Below are positions 24,968-37,831 of a stretch of DNA of 64,000 nt, piece after piece (within the stretch, counting starts at the first letter, position 1; every line of letters starts with the position of its first letter). Below the pieces are notes generated by a model that was not told where the DNA came from, searched no databases, and was given only the letters and a program-made list of their open reading frames with translations. The translations under genes and the position numbers were made by a program. Source of the stretch: Botryllus schlosseri (lineage: Eukaryota); NCBI GenBank assembly GCA_051294905.1, contig CM119371.1, positions 9,488,001 through 9,552,000 on the forward strand, in the 5' to 3' direction.

Positions 24968-25721
24968 TATGGTTACCATACGTCCTCTTTTAAGAAGATT
25001 TGTCCTCTTTTTTTACTTTCTTGAAAGTGTCCTCGGAGGACGCCCAAATGTCCTCTTTTTTAAGATTTTGTCCTCTTTTATGAGAATTTTGGCTAAATAT
25101 TAGGCAAAATTCGACTGAGATACAGTAAATCAGCACTGAAGTAACGCTCTGGTGGGTATTGGTGGAGCTGGGCCGGAAAGGTGACCTTTTCTTTTTTTAG
25201 TCCACCAACGGAAAGAAAAACCGGTATTCTGGGATTTGGGCCGTAAAGCTGACCTTTTTTTAGTCAACCGACCACGACGTGGGAAAATTTACCGTCTGAA
25301 AATTTTAGAAAAGTGTCCTCTTTTCTAGGCTTACCATATTTTGGAAATCTAAAAAGAGGAAGAGGACACTTTTTCAGAAATTTGCAACTTGCAAAACCGG
25401 AGTAGAATTCTCAAAAACCGGTGAATTTTTCCCACTCTGCAAGCGGCTGACTAAAAAAATGGTCATATTTTCGCTCCGAGCTAAAATCACCGTTTTTCAC
25501 TCCGAAATACCCGCCGGAGCGTCACTTCTATGCTAATTTGCGGCATATCACTCGCAATTTGCTTTAAATCTAACCTAAATTTTCAAAAAAGAGGACAAAA
25601 TCTCAAAAAAGGGCGTCCTCCGGGGACACTTTCAAAAAAGTCAAAAAAGAGGACAAATCCTCTTAAAAGAGGACGTATGGTAAGCCTACTCTTTTCACAT
25701 TTCCCAAATATCATAACCCTA
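24968..25721. mobile_element. hAT-like (Blackjack-type end) MITE containing an inverted copy of its own family (25326-25688)
   Basis: Inner copy TAGGCTTACCATA..TATGGTAAGCCTA with TSD CTCTTTTC (25318-25325, 25689-25696). Outer copy TATGGTTACCATACGTCCTC..ATAACCCTA, outer TSD not evident. Confidence 0.8.
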
Positions 25722-25795
25722 CTTTACGGGACTTATAATCCGGCGGGTGGCGCCCTTGCATCACGTATTTTGCGGAAATGGGACATTGTCGCATC

Positions 25796-25990
25796 TGCCG
25801 ACAACTTAGCGTAATGGTGAAGCGTTCGGCTTCTTGATCGGTAGGTCGTGGGTTCGATCCCTGGCCGGGCCAGACCAAAGACCTGACTGCTATCCATGAC
25901 TTCCCCGCTTGACGCTTAGCATTACATGGAGAGATGGTGCAAGACTTAGAAAGCGGTATAAGGCTACATCTGCACTTTCCCTTTCCAGCA
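25796..25990 (+). mobile_element. tRNA-derived SINE, diverged copy
   Basis: TAGCGTAATGG A box, GGTTCGATCC B box, CAGACCAAAGAC core. Similar to 17775-17979. Confidence 0.75.
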
Positions 25991-27572
25991 TCATGTGCAC
26001 ATCATACACTCATGGTATGCCTATGCCACAGATCGTGTGTATATGCCACAAAAATCATCAAGGACAAAAATATAGTACGTCCTTTCCTTAAACAAAAATG
26101 AACAAAAGTTAAGGGTCGCCGTTTCATAGCAAAATTATCCTTTGCATCCCATGACGCGGTCGCTTTCTTCCGATGTGGACAATTGTTACTTCCGCATAGC
26201 TCTATCTCAAGCTGTTGACAGTCCATGAGAGAGTATTTACGAGTAGTTACTTCAAAAGCACTACTTTAATTCATACTTGAGTAAATAATTCCGTCACTAC
26301 GTCGTCTTCTGCTTGACTACTTTGACCATCTCTAGACTGTCAATTGCATTCAAGTGAAACCAGACAATATAACTTCCGAGTTGTTATTGATCAATAGCGC
26401 TATCTCAGGTGATGTTTCACTCGTCTGCTCCTCATCTCACATAATACGCAAATTTTGAGCGTAAAAATGTTGAAAATTAATCACAACTGAAAATAAATAG
26501 AGAAAAACCAACTATCATTGAGGATCTTCATAATTTTATATTAGCTCACTTATATCTTCACGACAGGTAAGGCAATACGCACTAGACTACCTGGACTAAC
26601 TTTCACTGATATAATAAGATATAGATATCGGCAGTGCGTCAAATATCATGAATAATATCCATATCGGTATTGAAGAAAACATAAAACGAACTTGACTCGA
26701 GTTATTTTTTCATACGGAAATGACTCGACTCGAGTCAACCTGGGTATTGACAGCGGTATACAGAGGCGACCCGCAATATATGCAAGTGACATTAGTAGCC
26801 TATTGGCCGAACTTATTCATTTGCCTTTAAACAATTTTCGCGCTTCACACGGTTAGAGGATGAGTGCACTATGTACACTGACATTTCAAGACATAATTCT
26901 TATCGATCTTGACGCGCAGTAATATAAGTTTTGTTTTCATCGATATATAGCCTAATCCGGTGTGCTCGTATCGGACGACTGAAAAACGTCATCAACATTC
27001 AAGTGGTCCGCGCAATGTTCGCCAATCTCATGTTCGCCAATCTCGAAAAAGTTGACCGCCCCCTATTGTAATTCGGAATCTGATGCACCCCAGTACACTT
27101 CATGGTTGACAAAATTGTAGTTGAAAATTTGTGATTGATAATGAAGTATTCCAGAAAAGGAGGATTTGATTTGGAGTTAACATTTTGGCATGATTTGACT
27201 AGCCCGATACTCCGGCGATTAAAAAAGTCTGAATTTGCCTCGTGATCATGAAGGAATTCTATTAGAATAAGTGAAGTCGACGCGAGGACGCATGGAGGAG
27301 AGAGTGAAGGATGGTGAATGCATGCGTGACGGAAAGCCGTCCGGAAAAGCGGACCAAGAGTAAAACACCTGAACGATACAATATTCATGATCGGGGCGCA
27401 AATGACGAAATATGCGATAAGCGCCAAAAACCGTTGAATGAAAACACAACTAACGAATGAGAGAGATTTTCACCAAAAAATAGTTTAATTCAATAATTCC
27501 TCAGGACAGCAAATGTCAAACATTTGAATAGGCTACATCATAAACATCCGAAAGCAGTGTTACGGTTTCACT

Positions 27573-27894
27573 CAGTGGTTCCCAACCTTTTTTTAGACAC
27601 GCCCCCCTTTATGATTGTGAAAAATTTTGCGCCCCCCTTATTGCCACATCACAAAATCCAACCATGATGATAGCAACTCCAACAGATTGTTTGATGGCAT
27701 GGAAGGTTACAACTGTTGATGAGAGAATTAAAAAATATGAAATTCGGTGTATATACAGAGAAACACGCGTGAATTGGAGGCAAAGCGCGCAAAGCGCGAA
27801 ATTTTTCTTTCAGTTAACCGGCTCTTCGCGCCCCCCTTCCGAGCTTTCACATCCCCCCTCAAGGAGGAAGCGCCCCCCAGGCTGGGAACCACTG
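27573..27894. mobile_element. Charlie-type MITE
   Basis: CAGTGGTTCCCAACC / GGCTGGGAACCACTG. No clear TSD. Related fragments near 35107 and 43909. Confidence 0.65.
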
Positions 27895-28528
27895 CAGTCA
27901 CCATTAGTAGTAAGTCAGTGACATGACCCCAAATTTCAAAAAGACACATTGAGCTAATAGTTTTTTGAAAAAATCGCCCAAAAAGTTGTTCTCCACAGAA
28001 GCGATAAATGATTTCAAAGATAGGTGGTCATGCTGCTATATAACTTCTGACACAAAAGGTAATTGGCCTCCAGCGAAAACCAAATGGTCATAATAATGAA
28101 CCGAATTCCAAGGTCTACACCACTGGTTCTTAACCTTGCCCCCAGCGCCCCCCGGGGGGCGCTGGCGATTTTGAAGGGGGCGGAAACGCTCAGGGGGCGA
28201 TATGGGGGGTACTGGGCTCAGGGGGGCGGTATGGGGGGCGCTGGAGAAAAATGGCTTCGCAGTAGAAAGAGTAGATGATGTGGTGGTAGGACATATCCTT
28301 CACGAGTATTCAGAGCAAATTAACACCGAAAAATTCGTTAGATATAGCCTACAAAATGCATATCGGATTAATTTTCCATGGGCGCCTAAATGACTGGCAT
28401 CGAATGTTCCTGTCTTGGCAATCTGAACCTCAGAAGACGAATTCCATCTGGCAGAGAAAAATTATATGCCAGTGAAGAAATACCAATTTGAAACCGTGTG
28501 CGTCTTTTAGTTTAGTACGATTGGGCGA

Positions 28529-28556
28529 CAGGGATATCTAAAACTAGATATTCCTG
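28529..28556. mobile_element. 28-bp hairpin micro-element
   Basis: CAGGGATATCTA-AAAC-TAGATATTCCTG with TSD TTGGGCGA / TTGGACGA. Paralogous copies at ~2080 and ~36079 show the empty site TTGGGCGATTCTATA. Confidence 0.8.
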
Positions 28557-28695
28557 TTGGACGATTCTATATTTTTTGATATAGCAGACAGGAGGTCACG
28601 AAATAACATCATGCAACGAAGTCATACCAACGGGTTCGCTCGCCCAAATATGTTTATTCATTAGTTACGGGCCCTACAGTTACCAAGACACCTCA

Positions 28696-28854
28696 CAATG
28701 TTCGCTTTACACAGCTCACTGCGCTGACCCTTGGACAACAGTGTGTAACGACTAAAAAAGGCCATAACTTCGGATTTGTTGTGCGCAACGTAGATTTTCT
28801 GTGCGCAGAGACCGTGGCAGCACTGCGCACGTGCGCAGCTTAGAGGGAACATTG
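28696..28854. mobile_element. Small MITE with CAATGTTC..GAACATTG ends (second copy ~29922-30136)
   Basis: 7-8 bp duplication CACCTCA(C). The empty site is visible in the family X copy near 2211. The 3' end GCGCAG.TTA.AG.GAACATT is shared with 30115-30136. Confidence 0.75.
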
Positions 28855-30249
28855 CACCTCACTCAGCTCTACCGGTAAATCTGGTAACGTGAGCAGAGAG
28901 GACAAGAAATTGATAGCAATATATATGCAATTCCCGATCTTACTGACCAATTTTATCATGAATTATCGAAAGTTTTCGCGCTTCGCACTGGCTCCCAAAA
29001 AGCACAGCTGATTCCGTGCAAAAGCGAACAACGTGATGGGGGGCGGTCGGTTTATCACCCTATGGGAGTCCAAGACCCAAGTTTTTTACGGGGCCTGACG
29101 AAGTGCCGTTTCGTTCCTGCCAACGGGTATAAGCCAAGATGTATAATTATTATTGAGGGGTCCTACCTTTTCAATCACACATCGCTCAGCTTCACCGGTA
29201 AATCTGTTTACGTGAGCAGAGAGAGGATAAAAATTGATCTCAATATACATGCAATTACCGATCATATTGACCAATTCAATGATTAATTACTGAAATTTTT
29301 CGCGCTTCGCGCGTCAAGGCGAGAATAGCTGCATCAGTAAATGGACACATAATGTAGATGACTAGTATCAGCAAATACCGGATAGCCGATTGGGGTCTGG
29401 GGGCGAAGCCTCTCGGAAGTTTGGTTTATCACCCGATGGGGGGCTCAAGACCAACGTTTTTTGGGGGGCTGACGAAGTGCTGTTACGGCCCTGGTAACGA
29501 ATTAATTGTACCTACGGGCACACCCGAATATGTTTAATTATTAATTACGTGCCCTTTATTTTCCCATACAACAGCTCACTAAACGCTACTGGTAAATCTG
29601 ATTACGTGGGCTGAGAGGATAAAGAGTTTATAGCGACTTATATATGTAAATACCACCTATTCATTCATGCATTATAGAAAATTTTGGTACCTAGGGCGAC
29701 CAGGCCACACAAACTCTGCTGACCATCGAAATCACGCTATGGGGTTCTTGGGGGCGCAAGGCAATCGTTTTAGGGGTGTTGACGAAGTGCTGTTACGGCC
29801 CTCCCTCTTACTCATTGTATTTATTATATTCCTTACAATATGAGGTTGGGGGGCGCTGGAGCACGATAATTTTTGAAAGGGGGCGCTGGAGAAAAAAAGG
29901 TTAAGAACCACTGGTCTACACCAATGTTCTCTCCAAGTTTTCATGGGTGTCACTCACTGCGCGGTCCTTTGAACAACAGTGCGTAACATTTAGAGATCCG
30001 ATACTAAGGGCATTGTGTTGGCTAAAAAAACTGACATCACTTCGGCTTTTTCTGTGCTCGGCAAAGATTTTGCTGTGCGCGCAGACTTTGTCATCTGTGC
30101 GCGGCCGCGCAAGCGCGCAGATTAAAGAGAACATTACACCACATAGGCCTATACCGTTAAATCTATAGTATTCCTCTTAACGCATAAGCCATCACGAGTA
30201 AAACAAAAGGGGCATAGTAATATTCCAACTCATATCATCTAATGCACTT

Positions 30250-32140
30250 TTTCGTAACCTTTTTTCTCCAGCGCCCCCTTTCAATAATTATCGTGCTCTA
30301 GCGCCCCCCCACCTCAAATTGTAAGGACTGTAGTAAAGACGATGGGTAATAGGGAGGGCCGCAACGGCACTTCGTCAGTCCCCCTGAAACAACGATTGTC
30401 TTTCGCACCCATAGCGTGATAGACCAAACTTCTGGGGGCTTCGCCTCCAAGAACCCTGTCGCGTGATTTCGATGGTCAGCAACCTTTTGTACAATGCATG
30501 AATTAATAGGTGGTAATTGCATATATATGTAGCTCAAAACTTTTTATCCTCTCAGCCCACGTAATCAGAAGTACAGTAGCGCTGAGTGAGCTGTTGTCTT
30601 GGAAAATGATGGCCACGTAATTATTAACTAAAGATATTCGGGCGTGCCCGTACAATTACTTCGTTACATGTTGTTATTTTGTTACCTCTTGTCCGCTATA
30701 TAGTCAAAAGATATTGAAACGTATAAACGTATTAAACTAAAATAAGCACACGATTTAAAATTGGTTTCTTCACTGGCAAATAATTTTTCTCTGGTGGATG
30801 GTATTTGTCCCGTGGGGTGCAGATTGCGACGACCTGATCATTTGGCACGGGCGATATAAGCATCTATGGATAATTGGACTTATCTACATAGAAGTTTAGG
30901 GTCAACATCAGGGCAATCCTCTTCGGCTAAGGTATCTCGCTGACGATATTTTGACACACTTCTTGGAGTCCCGTATTAGCCGGAACTTCATGTGTCTTCG
31001 TGCATCTTGGCGTGGTAATGGCCGACGCCGAAATGCCTATTTCTCTTTTCTATAATTATGCGTATTTTATCGTGGGGGATTCGTCGAAACATGATGTTTA
31101 ATTTATGTTCATTCACCGGAATAACTTACGGCACCCTTTAAGATCAACCCCCTCAATTGGGGGTTTGGGTTGCAGCAGTTTCAGCCCTGGTAAGAGGTCA
31201 AAGTCCAGTCGGTCTTTTTGGGACTTTAGTATTGGATATATTTCGCGATTTAATCGCGCTCGAGGACCACTCGACTATCATAAACCATATAATATTAGTA
31301 TGTGGTATATTCGATCGTAAATCGAGATTGTTATAACAACAATCAGGTACGGTGTCATACTGTGTGGTTCGAACCATCCCGGATTCACATCTGCGATTGG
31401 CAACACGGGGAAATTAATGGTATTTGATTTTGTTTCAGTGCGTTGTGTGACTAAGTTAGTCAACTGAGAATGAGATGCATGTATCTGCTCACATTGAATT
31501 TAGTACTATACCCAGTTATTAATCTTAACATGAATGTATTCCAGACGAAGCAACTCATATTATATGACTTTTATGAGAGGTTGTGGGCAACAACACTAGA
31601 TAGAGACGATAAATAAATATTCTGACGATTTAATTGTGTAGCTCTCAAATGCAAGGATATTTAGTTATTCATTTCATGCACAAAGCTTCAAAACATATTT
31701 TATATACGAGGGGCTCTCACTCTCAAAAGTGATATACAGCGCATTCTTCTTCAATTTCCACAAGCTGTGCGCTGCTGGATATAATACCTAGTTCGAAACA
31801 TTTTGTTGAATATAACCCCAGCATGCGTGACGGCATTGTAATAATGGAAAATTGGCGATTTTAAAGTACGCGAAATTCATTATACATGGATTATAATAAT
31901 CCACTACATTTATGAAAACATATGTAGCAGGCATGTTTTGTGGAATGCTAATTTGCTCTGAATACTCATTAAGGATATGTCATACTACTACATCATCTAC
32001 TGCGAAGCCATTTTTAGTCAGCGCTCCCATATCGTCCCCTGAGCCGAGCGCCCCCCATATCGCCCACTGAGCGTAGCCGCCTCCTTCAAATTCGCCAGCG
32101 CCCCTTGGATGGCGCTGGAGGCAAAGTTGAGAACCTTTGA
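30250..32140 (-). mobile_element. Diverged reverse-orientation copy of composite family Z/X element
   Basis: AACCTTTTTTTCTCCAGCGCCCCCTT at ~30256 is the reverse complement of 29876-29903. 31990-32135 mirrors 28121-28280. The interior mirrors the family X body. Confidence 0.7.
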
Positions 32141-32587
32141 ACTAATGAGTCACTGTTTTCGGTTGGAGGCCAAAAAGCTGAGTAAAAACATCCTGGATTT
32201 TCGCCTAATCTGCGATTTCCAAAATCTCCCGATTTAGAAGTAGATGATCCGCACGCCAAAACATTGGATCTTCGTGCAAAATTACTGGATCTACAAATCC
32301 AGGATGTAGGACGCTTTTGCGTCAAACTGACGCAAAATGTAGTGATCCGTGGAAGGTTGCCATGTCAACCCACCGACTTCGTGGTAAATATTGCTTTGGC
32401 AATGCTGATTGGAATTAGCGTCGACTTTGGTCATGTGCTATGAATGCCGTCGTTTACTAGGTATACTTCTGCAATTGATTTTAAGCTACTTTGCAGCTTT
32501 AATGCATATTACTCTATAGTTTATTCACAGTTATAAGTTCTAAGGACGGCATTGCAAACTGGTACTGCAATTATTAATGCCTGTAGT

Positions 32588-33300
32588 ATGGATATTTTGG
32601 ACATCTTAGATGACAGTTCGGACGACGAGAATACAATTGTTGTGCCCATGCATTACTTGGCAGACATATCGGACCCATTTGTAAAATACTCAGAAATTGA
32701 ATTCGTTGACCGCTACAGATTTTCCAAGGGAGCTACGGTAATTCTATAGGACAAAATTAAAGACAGCCCACGGTCGGATATACGGTGTCACGCTTTCCAT
32801 CTCATGATGCAATTTATCTGCGCTCTCCGATCTTTGCTACGGGTCATTTTCAACAAACAGATGCTGACTTGATTGGTGTAAGCAGGACAACCGCACGCCG
32901 AAACATCCACTGCATTTCTCGAGCAATATCAGAGAATAGAGATTAAATTTATCCCGCTATTGGATGATTTCTTTGACATAGGTGGAGTTCCAAATGTCAT
33001 TGGTTGCATTGATGGCACCCATATCCCATAGAGTCCCCGCGTGGCTCAGCACCAGAAGTTTATCGTTGCAGGAAAGGATATTTTTCTTTGAACTGTCAAA
33101 TGGTCTGCAAGGCCACGAGAATAGTGACTAATGCTGTTGTGCGATGGCCAGAGAGTACTCATGACTCAAGAATTTTTTCAAACGTCAGATTAAAATATGA
33201 GCTCGACCAGAAAAAATACAATGGGATTTTGCTGGGAGACATAGGCTATGCTGCTCTAACAATGTACCTGATGACTCCATTAACAAATCCACAGACTGCC
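32588..33300 (+). pseudogene. Degenerate PIF/Harbinger (HARBI1-like) DDE transposase
   Basis: Across frames: EFVDRYRFSK, FATGHFQQTDADLIGVSRTT, GGVPNVIGCIDGTHIP, YRCRKGYFSLNCQMVC, VRWPESTHDSRIF, LLGDIGY..LMTPLTNP. In-frame stop at 32747-32749, frameshifts, and truncated before the catalytic E region. Confidence 0.9.
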
Positions 33301-34985
33301 CTACGCATATCGAATTCTTGCGTTCTGAAATATCTTTCTTCGTCTATCATGTCTTTTCTTTCTTTGCGCTCCTGAATCTTGGACGCCATCAGTTCAATTC
33401 TCAGCACATCGCAGCTTCTTTTATTAGGTTTGGATTGTTTTTCTGAATTGAAAGAAGTTCATATTGACTCTGCGATGAGGTAGTAACCTATCATTAAACT
33501 AACTTGTATTAGGAGGCCAATCACAAAGAAATCATTTGGAAATTCTCCTTGCCTTGTTGGCTGATTTTGTTTTTATCTGATGATGATGAATATCTGTTTC
33601 CAATTGTGGTATCCATTCGACATGAGCGATGAACCAATAATCGGTCAGTCTCTATAGTCATTAAAAACTTGTCTTCTGCAACCAGCTGATCACAAAGTGC
33701 AGAATTGGTAGTTTTCATTGTATTGTATACTAGAGCCCGACTGTTATTGGAGTTTTGGGCCGATACCGATAAAACCAATATCTAACTCCTTCACCGATAA
33801 CCACCATAGCCTATATTCAAAGTGTGTGGAATACCTTAGAATGCGCATTTCAAAAACTTCAGAGCAACTATTTGAACAGCTTCACACAGCCAATGCTATA
33901 CTTGGAAAGGAAATAAACTACAAAGGCTGCGTCAGAATACCTGTAAAGTGTAATCTATGTGAAATATATATTCGGTCTGGCTCCATTGTATACCATCTTA
34001 TAACAATTGTTACAGGATTGTAACTATGTGCATTACACTGGTAATCAGCAATCTTTCGAGCAGTCAAACACCATTTCCAATCGTTCGCAGGTACACTGCA
34101 CTAAAAAAACTCAGTACAAAGTGGAGATGTTGATGACTAGATTATAAGTTCCGGCGAATTGTCGTAGCCTGAGGCCAGCCACGTTTTTCGTAGATCTTCG
34201 TATATGACGGTAAAGTATAATATTTCATGGCAGATTCAATTGACTTGATATTCTCTTCGCATTTCGCGCGATGTATAGTCACTAGATTTCTTGCTTTTAC
34301 TATGGATACCGCTTCCTAAAAATTGAAAATACGCCCAAATTATAGAATTTTGTCTAGCCATATTCGCAATTATGAGAGAACGTGTCGTCCAATATACGAC
34401 TTTGCATGTGCGCTCGCAGAAAGATCGCCGGCAAATGATACCTTTGCACAATATGATTGCGGCATCTTCGCCAAAATCTTCGATATTTATATGTCAAAAT
34501 GCCGAGTAATCCTGTCCTTGCCAAATGAGCGGAGCGGTATACGGAGGTGACCCGCAATATATATAAGTGACATTATTATTAACCGAATTCCTTCACGAAG
34601 TTGGAAAATTTTTTGCGCTTACCGCGCTTATCACGTGAATGCACACCGAATTTTCATGACATAATTGTTATCGATTTTGATGCGTTTTGTTTTCACCGTT
34701 ACCTAATCCGGTTCGCTCCTATCAGGTCATCAACATTCAAGTGGCTCGCTCAATGGTTCGTAAATCTCATGTGCCCCTTTAACCGAAAAGTCGCCTGAGC
34801 GAAGTGAGGTTTATTGAACTCGTCATCAGTTTAATTAGTGCTGACACTTCTAAGTTTCAAAAACGGCAATAATCCTAATCATATTACGATTTGAAATGTC
34901 AAAGTTGCGTGGTAACATCCATACAACGATGATAGATTGTGACTGATACTGGACCTTGCACCGATCAGAACATTTCATTATAAGG

Positions 34986-37831
34986 CAGGTTCGGGCAAAC
35001 CTTTGCGGACGCGGGCCGCATTCAACGTCTAAATCCATTCGCGGGCCGCACAACATTAAATTGAGAATATTGGCTAAAAGGCAATATTGTTATTTAATCA
35101 TATAGCAGTGGTTCTTAAAATTTGTCAGACACGCCCCCCTTCATGATAGTGAAAGTTTCGCGCCTCCTTTCTCGTGATAAATCAGAATGCTAGCAATACC
35201 AACGAATATGTTGATGGTAATGAAGGTTATGGCTGTATAGACGAGAGCATTATCCAAATATGAAATTTCGACAATAGACAGAGCAATAACCACGAATTGG
35301 AGGCAAATCTCGTGGAGCGCGAATTTTTTTTAAATTTACTGCGGTTTCGCGCCTTGTATCAGATGCTTTAACGCCCCCAGGTAGAGAGCCACTACCATAT
35401 AGTGACCGAAGAAATATGGAGATCTTATATATTTGGATCGTCCTCAGTAACCAGTTCGTAAAGAAAAACATCCGTGGACCATGTCATTTCCGTTTTGAAT
35501 TTATCTGATATTTAGAAATAGGAGCCATTCGAAAAGCGTGCGCATCATACTAAGACTATGACCAGCACCGTAACTGCCGCACCCCAAACCCCCCAATTGG
35601 GGGGGCGAGGTCGAAGGGGGCCCAAAATTATTTCGTGAATTAGCATAAATCATAGAGTATTTTTTGAAAATTTATGCAATTTTTTCAAAAGTTTTTTGCG
35701 CTGCGCGCGAATTCAAGTAGCGGTTTTTCTATATTATTGAGTATTGGGCCATTACCGCGCCACGGACAACCATGACATACAATCAAGTTTTAGGCCATAT
35801 AACATGCGACTCCAAGAAGTGTGCCAGAACGATCGGCAGCGAGAAAAGCTTGCGCGAAAAGGTCTATGCCCTTATGCACATCGAAGGCTTAGTTATATGG
35901 GCTATACAAAATGCATATAGGTTTAATTGTCCATAGGCGCCTAAATGACTGGCGCCGAATGTTCCTGTCTTTGCAATCTGAACCACACAAGACAAATACC
36001 ATCCTGCTGGGAAAAATTTTATGCCAGTGAAGAAATACCTACTTGAAATCATGTGCGTCTCTAAGTTTAGAAGCCTACTTGGGCGATTCTATATTTTTTG
36101 ATATAGCAGACTGGAAGTCACGAAATAACATCATGTAACTAAGTCATATCAACAGGTCCGCTCGCCCGAAGATGTTTAATCATTATTTACGGGCCCTCCC
36201 GTTTTCAAGACACTTAATTCACTCAGCTCTACCGGTAAATCTAATTACGTGAGTGGAGAGGACAATAAATTGATAGCATAATATATATGCAATCGGCGAT
36301 CTGATTGACCGATTTTATCATAAATTATCGAAAATTTTCGAGCTTCGCGCTGGCTCACAATACAGTACAGATGATTTCGTGACAAACGCGAACAACGTGA
36401 TGGGGGGGGGGGTCGTTTTATCACCCTATGAGAGCCCAAGACCCACGTTTTGTGGGCCTGACGAGGTCCTGTTTCGTTCCTGCCAACGGGTGTACGCCCG
36501 AAGATGTTTATTTATTATTGAGTGGTCCTACCTATTCAAACACACCTCAATCAGCTCTACCGGCAAATCTGGTTACGTGAGCAGAGAGAAGATAAAAATT
36601 GATAACAATATATGCAATTCTTGATCATACTGACCGGTGGAATCATGAATTCTAGAAATTTTCCGCGCTTTGCGCGCTTAGGCGACAAAAGCTGATTCAC
36701 TAAACAAACTCCAAATGAACATGATTAATAGTGGTAAACAGTGTATCGGCGGAGGGGGTCTGGGCGGCGAAGCCCCCCCCCCCCAGAAGTTTGGTCTACA
36801 ACCCTATGGGGGCCCAATACCAACGTTTTTTGGGGGGGACTGACGAAGTGCTGTTACGGCCCCGACTATGACACATAATCATCATGGTAAGATATCTCAA
36901 GAAAAAATTTAGTCTATAGTCACTGCTATAATTGGATTTTTGATACGCATTTTATCAATATTGCAAATGTTACTTGAGGTATTCGGAGGCCGGACAAAAC
37001 GGTGTTGCGGACCGTGTTTTGCCCACCCCTGGACCAATCCATATTATAGTTGAGACTCTATAGAACAGGAGTGGGCAAACTTTTCAACATTCAATATCTA
37101 AATCCATTCGCCTGTCGCACTATATAAAATTGGGATTAGAAACCACGCAATATTGCTATTTGATTATACAGCGGGTATGTGGAAATTATATATTTTTATT
37201 TAAAAACAACCAACCAATGACTTGAGGATATGGTACAGGCGTCAGGAACAGTCGCGAGATTCCATAAGCTGGTCAATTTTAGTAACCAATTTTCAAAACT
37301 AGGGATGAAAGTCGGTTGTCCCGATTCTTGGAACAGGATGGAGATTGGAATTTGTGAGCAGTGATCTGTTTATAGATTTGCTGATTCTTCTTTTGGTTCA
37401 ACTCCAGGACGCACAATGCTGGTAGCGTCATAACCGTAGTTAGCTTCAATATGCTATATATCGATTTTGTAAATATAAATACTTCTGCACATACATCACC
37501 AAAAGTAATAAACTTGTTGGAGTGGCCAATGTAAAATTACACTCGTTATCCGAAAGTCATTTCCATTTTGACTTTATGTAAGGTTTAGCAATTGAAACCT
37601 TTAAAAATGCGTGGGCCTTGGGTCGGGCTATCGCACCAGCAATGAAATAAAAATATACGGAAGTCAAAATATACTCATAATTACCATGGTGAAATATGAG
37701 AAAAAGTTTAATCGAGTCCCTGCAGTAAGTAGATTTGTACTGTGCATTTTTTTCTATATTTTAAATACGATTCTTCGGCCTTTCGTGAGCCGCACAAAGC
37801 AGTGTGACGGGCCGTAGTTTGCCCACCTCTA
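34986..37831. mobile_element. Charlie-type composite: two related MITE units within one TSD, with nested inserts
   Basis: Ends CAGGTTCGGGCAAAC / GTTTGCCCACCTCTA. TSD TTATAAGG (34978-34985, 37832-37839). Internal ends TTTGCCCACCCCTG at ~37031 and CAGGAGTGGGCAAAC at 37066. Confidence 0.7.
35563..36864 (+). mobile_element. Family X non-autonomous hAT-like element, copy 2
   Basis: Colinear with 1611-2854. Has its own TSD ACTATGAC (35555-35562, 36865-36872). Confidence 0.9.

Larger units (their letters stand above)
28121..29913 (+). mobile_element. Composite Charlie-ended element (family Z) carrying family X body sequence
   Basis: CACTGGTTCTTAACC / GGTTAAGAACCACTG. Perfect TSD GTCTACAC (28113-28120, 29914-29921). 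Interior ~28340-29800 is homologous to 1900-2854. Nested inserts at 28529-28556 and 28696-28854. Confidence 0.85.
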
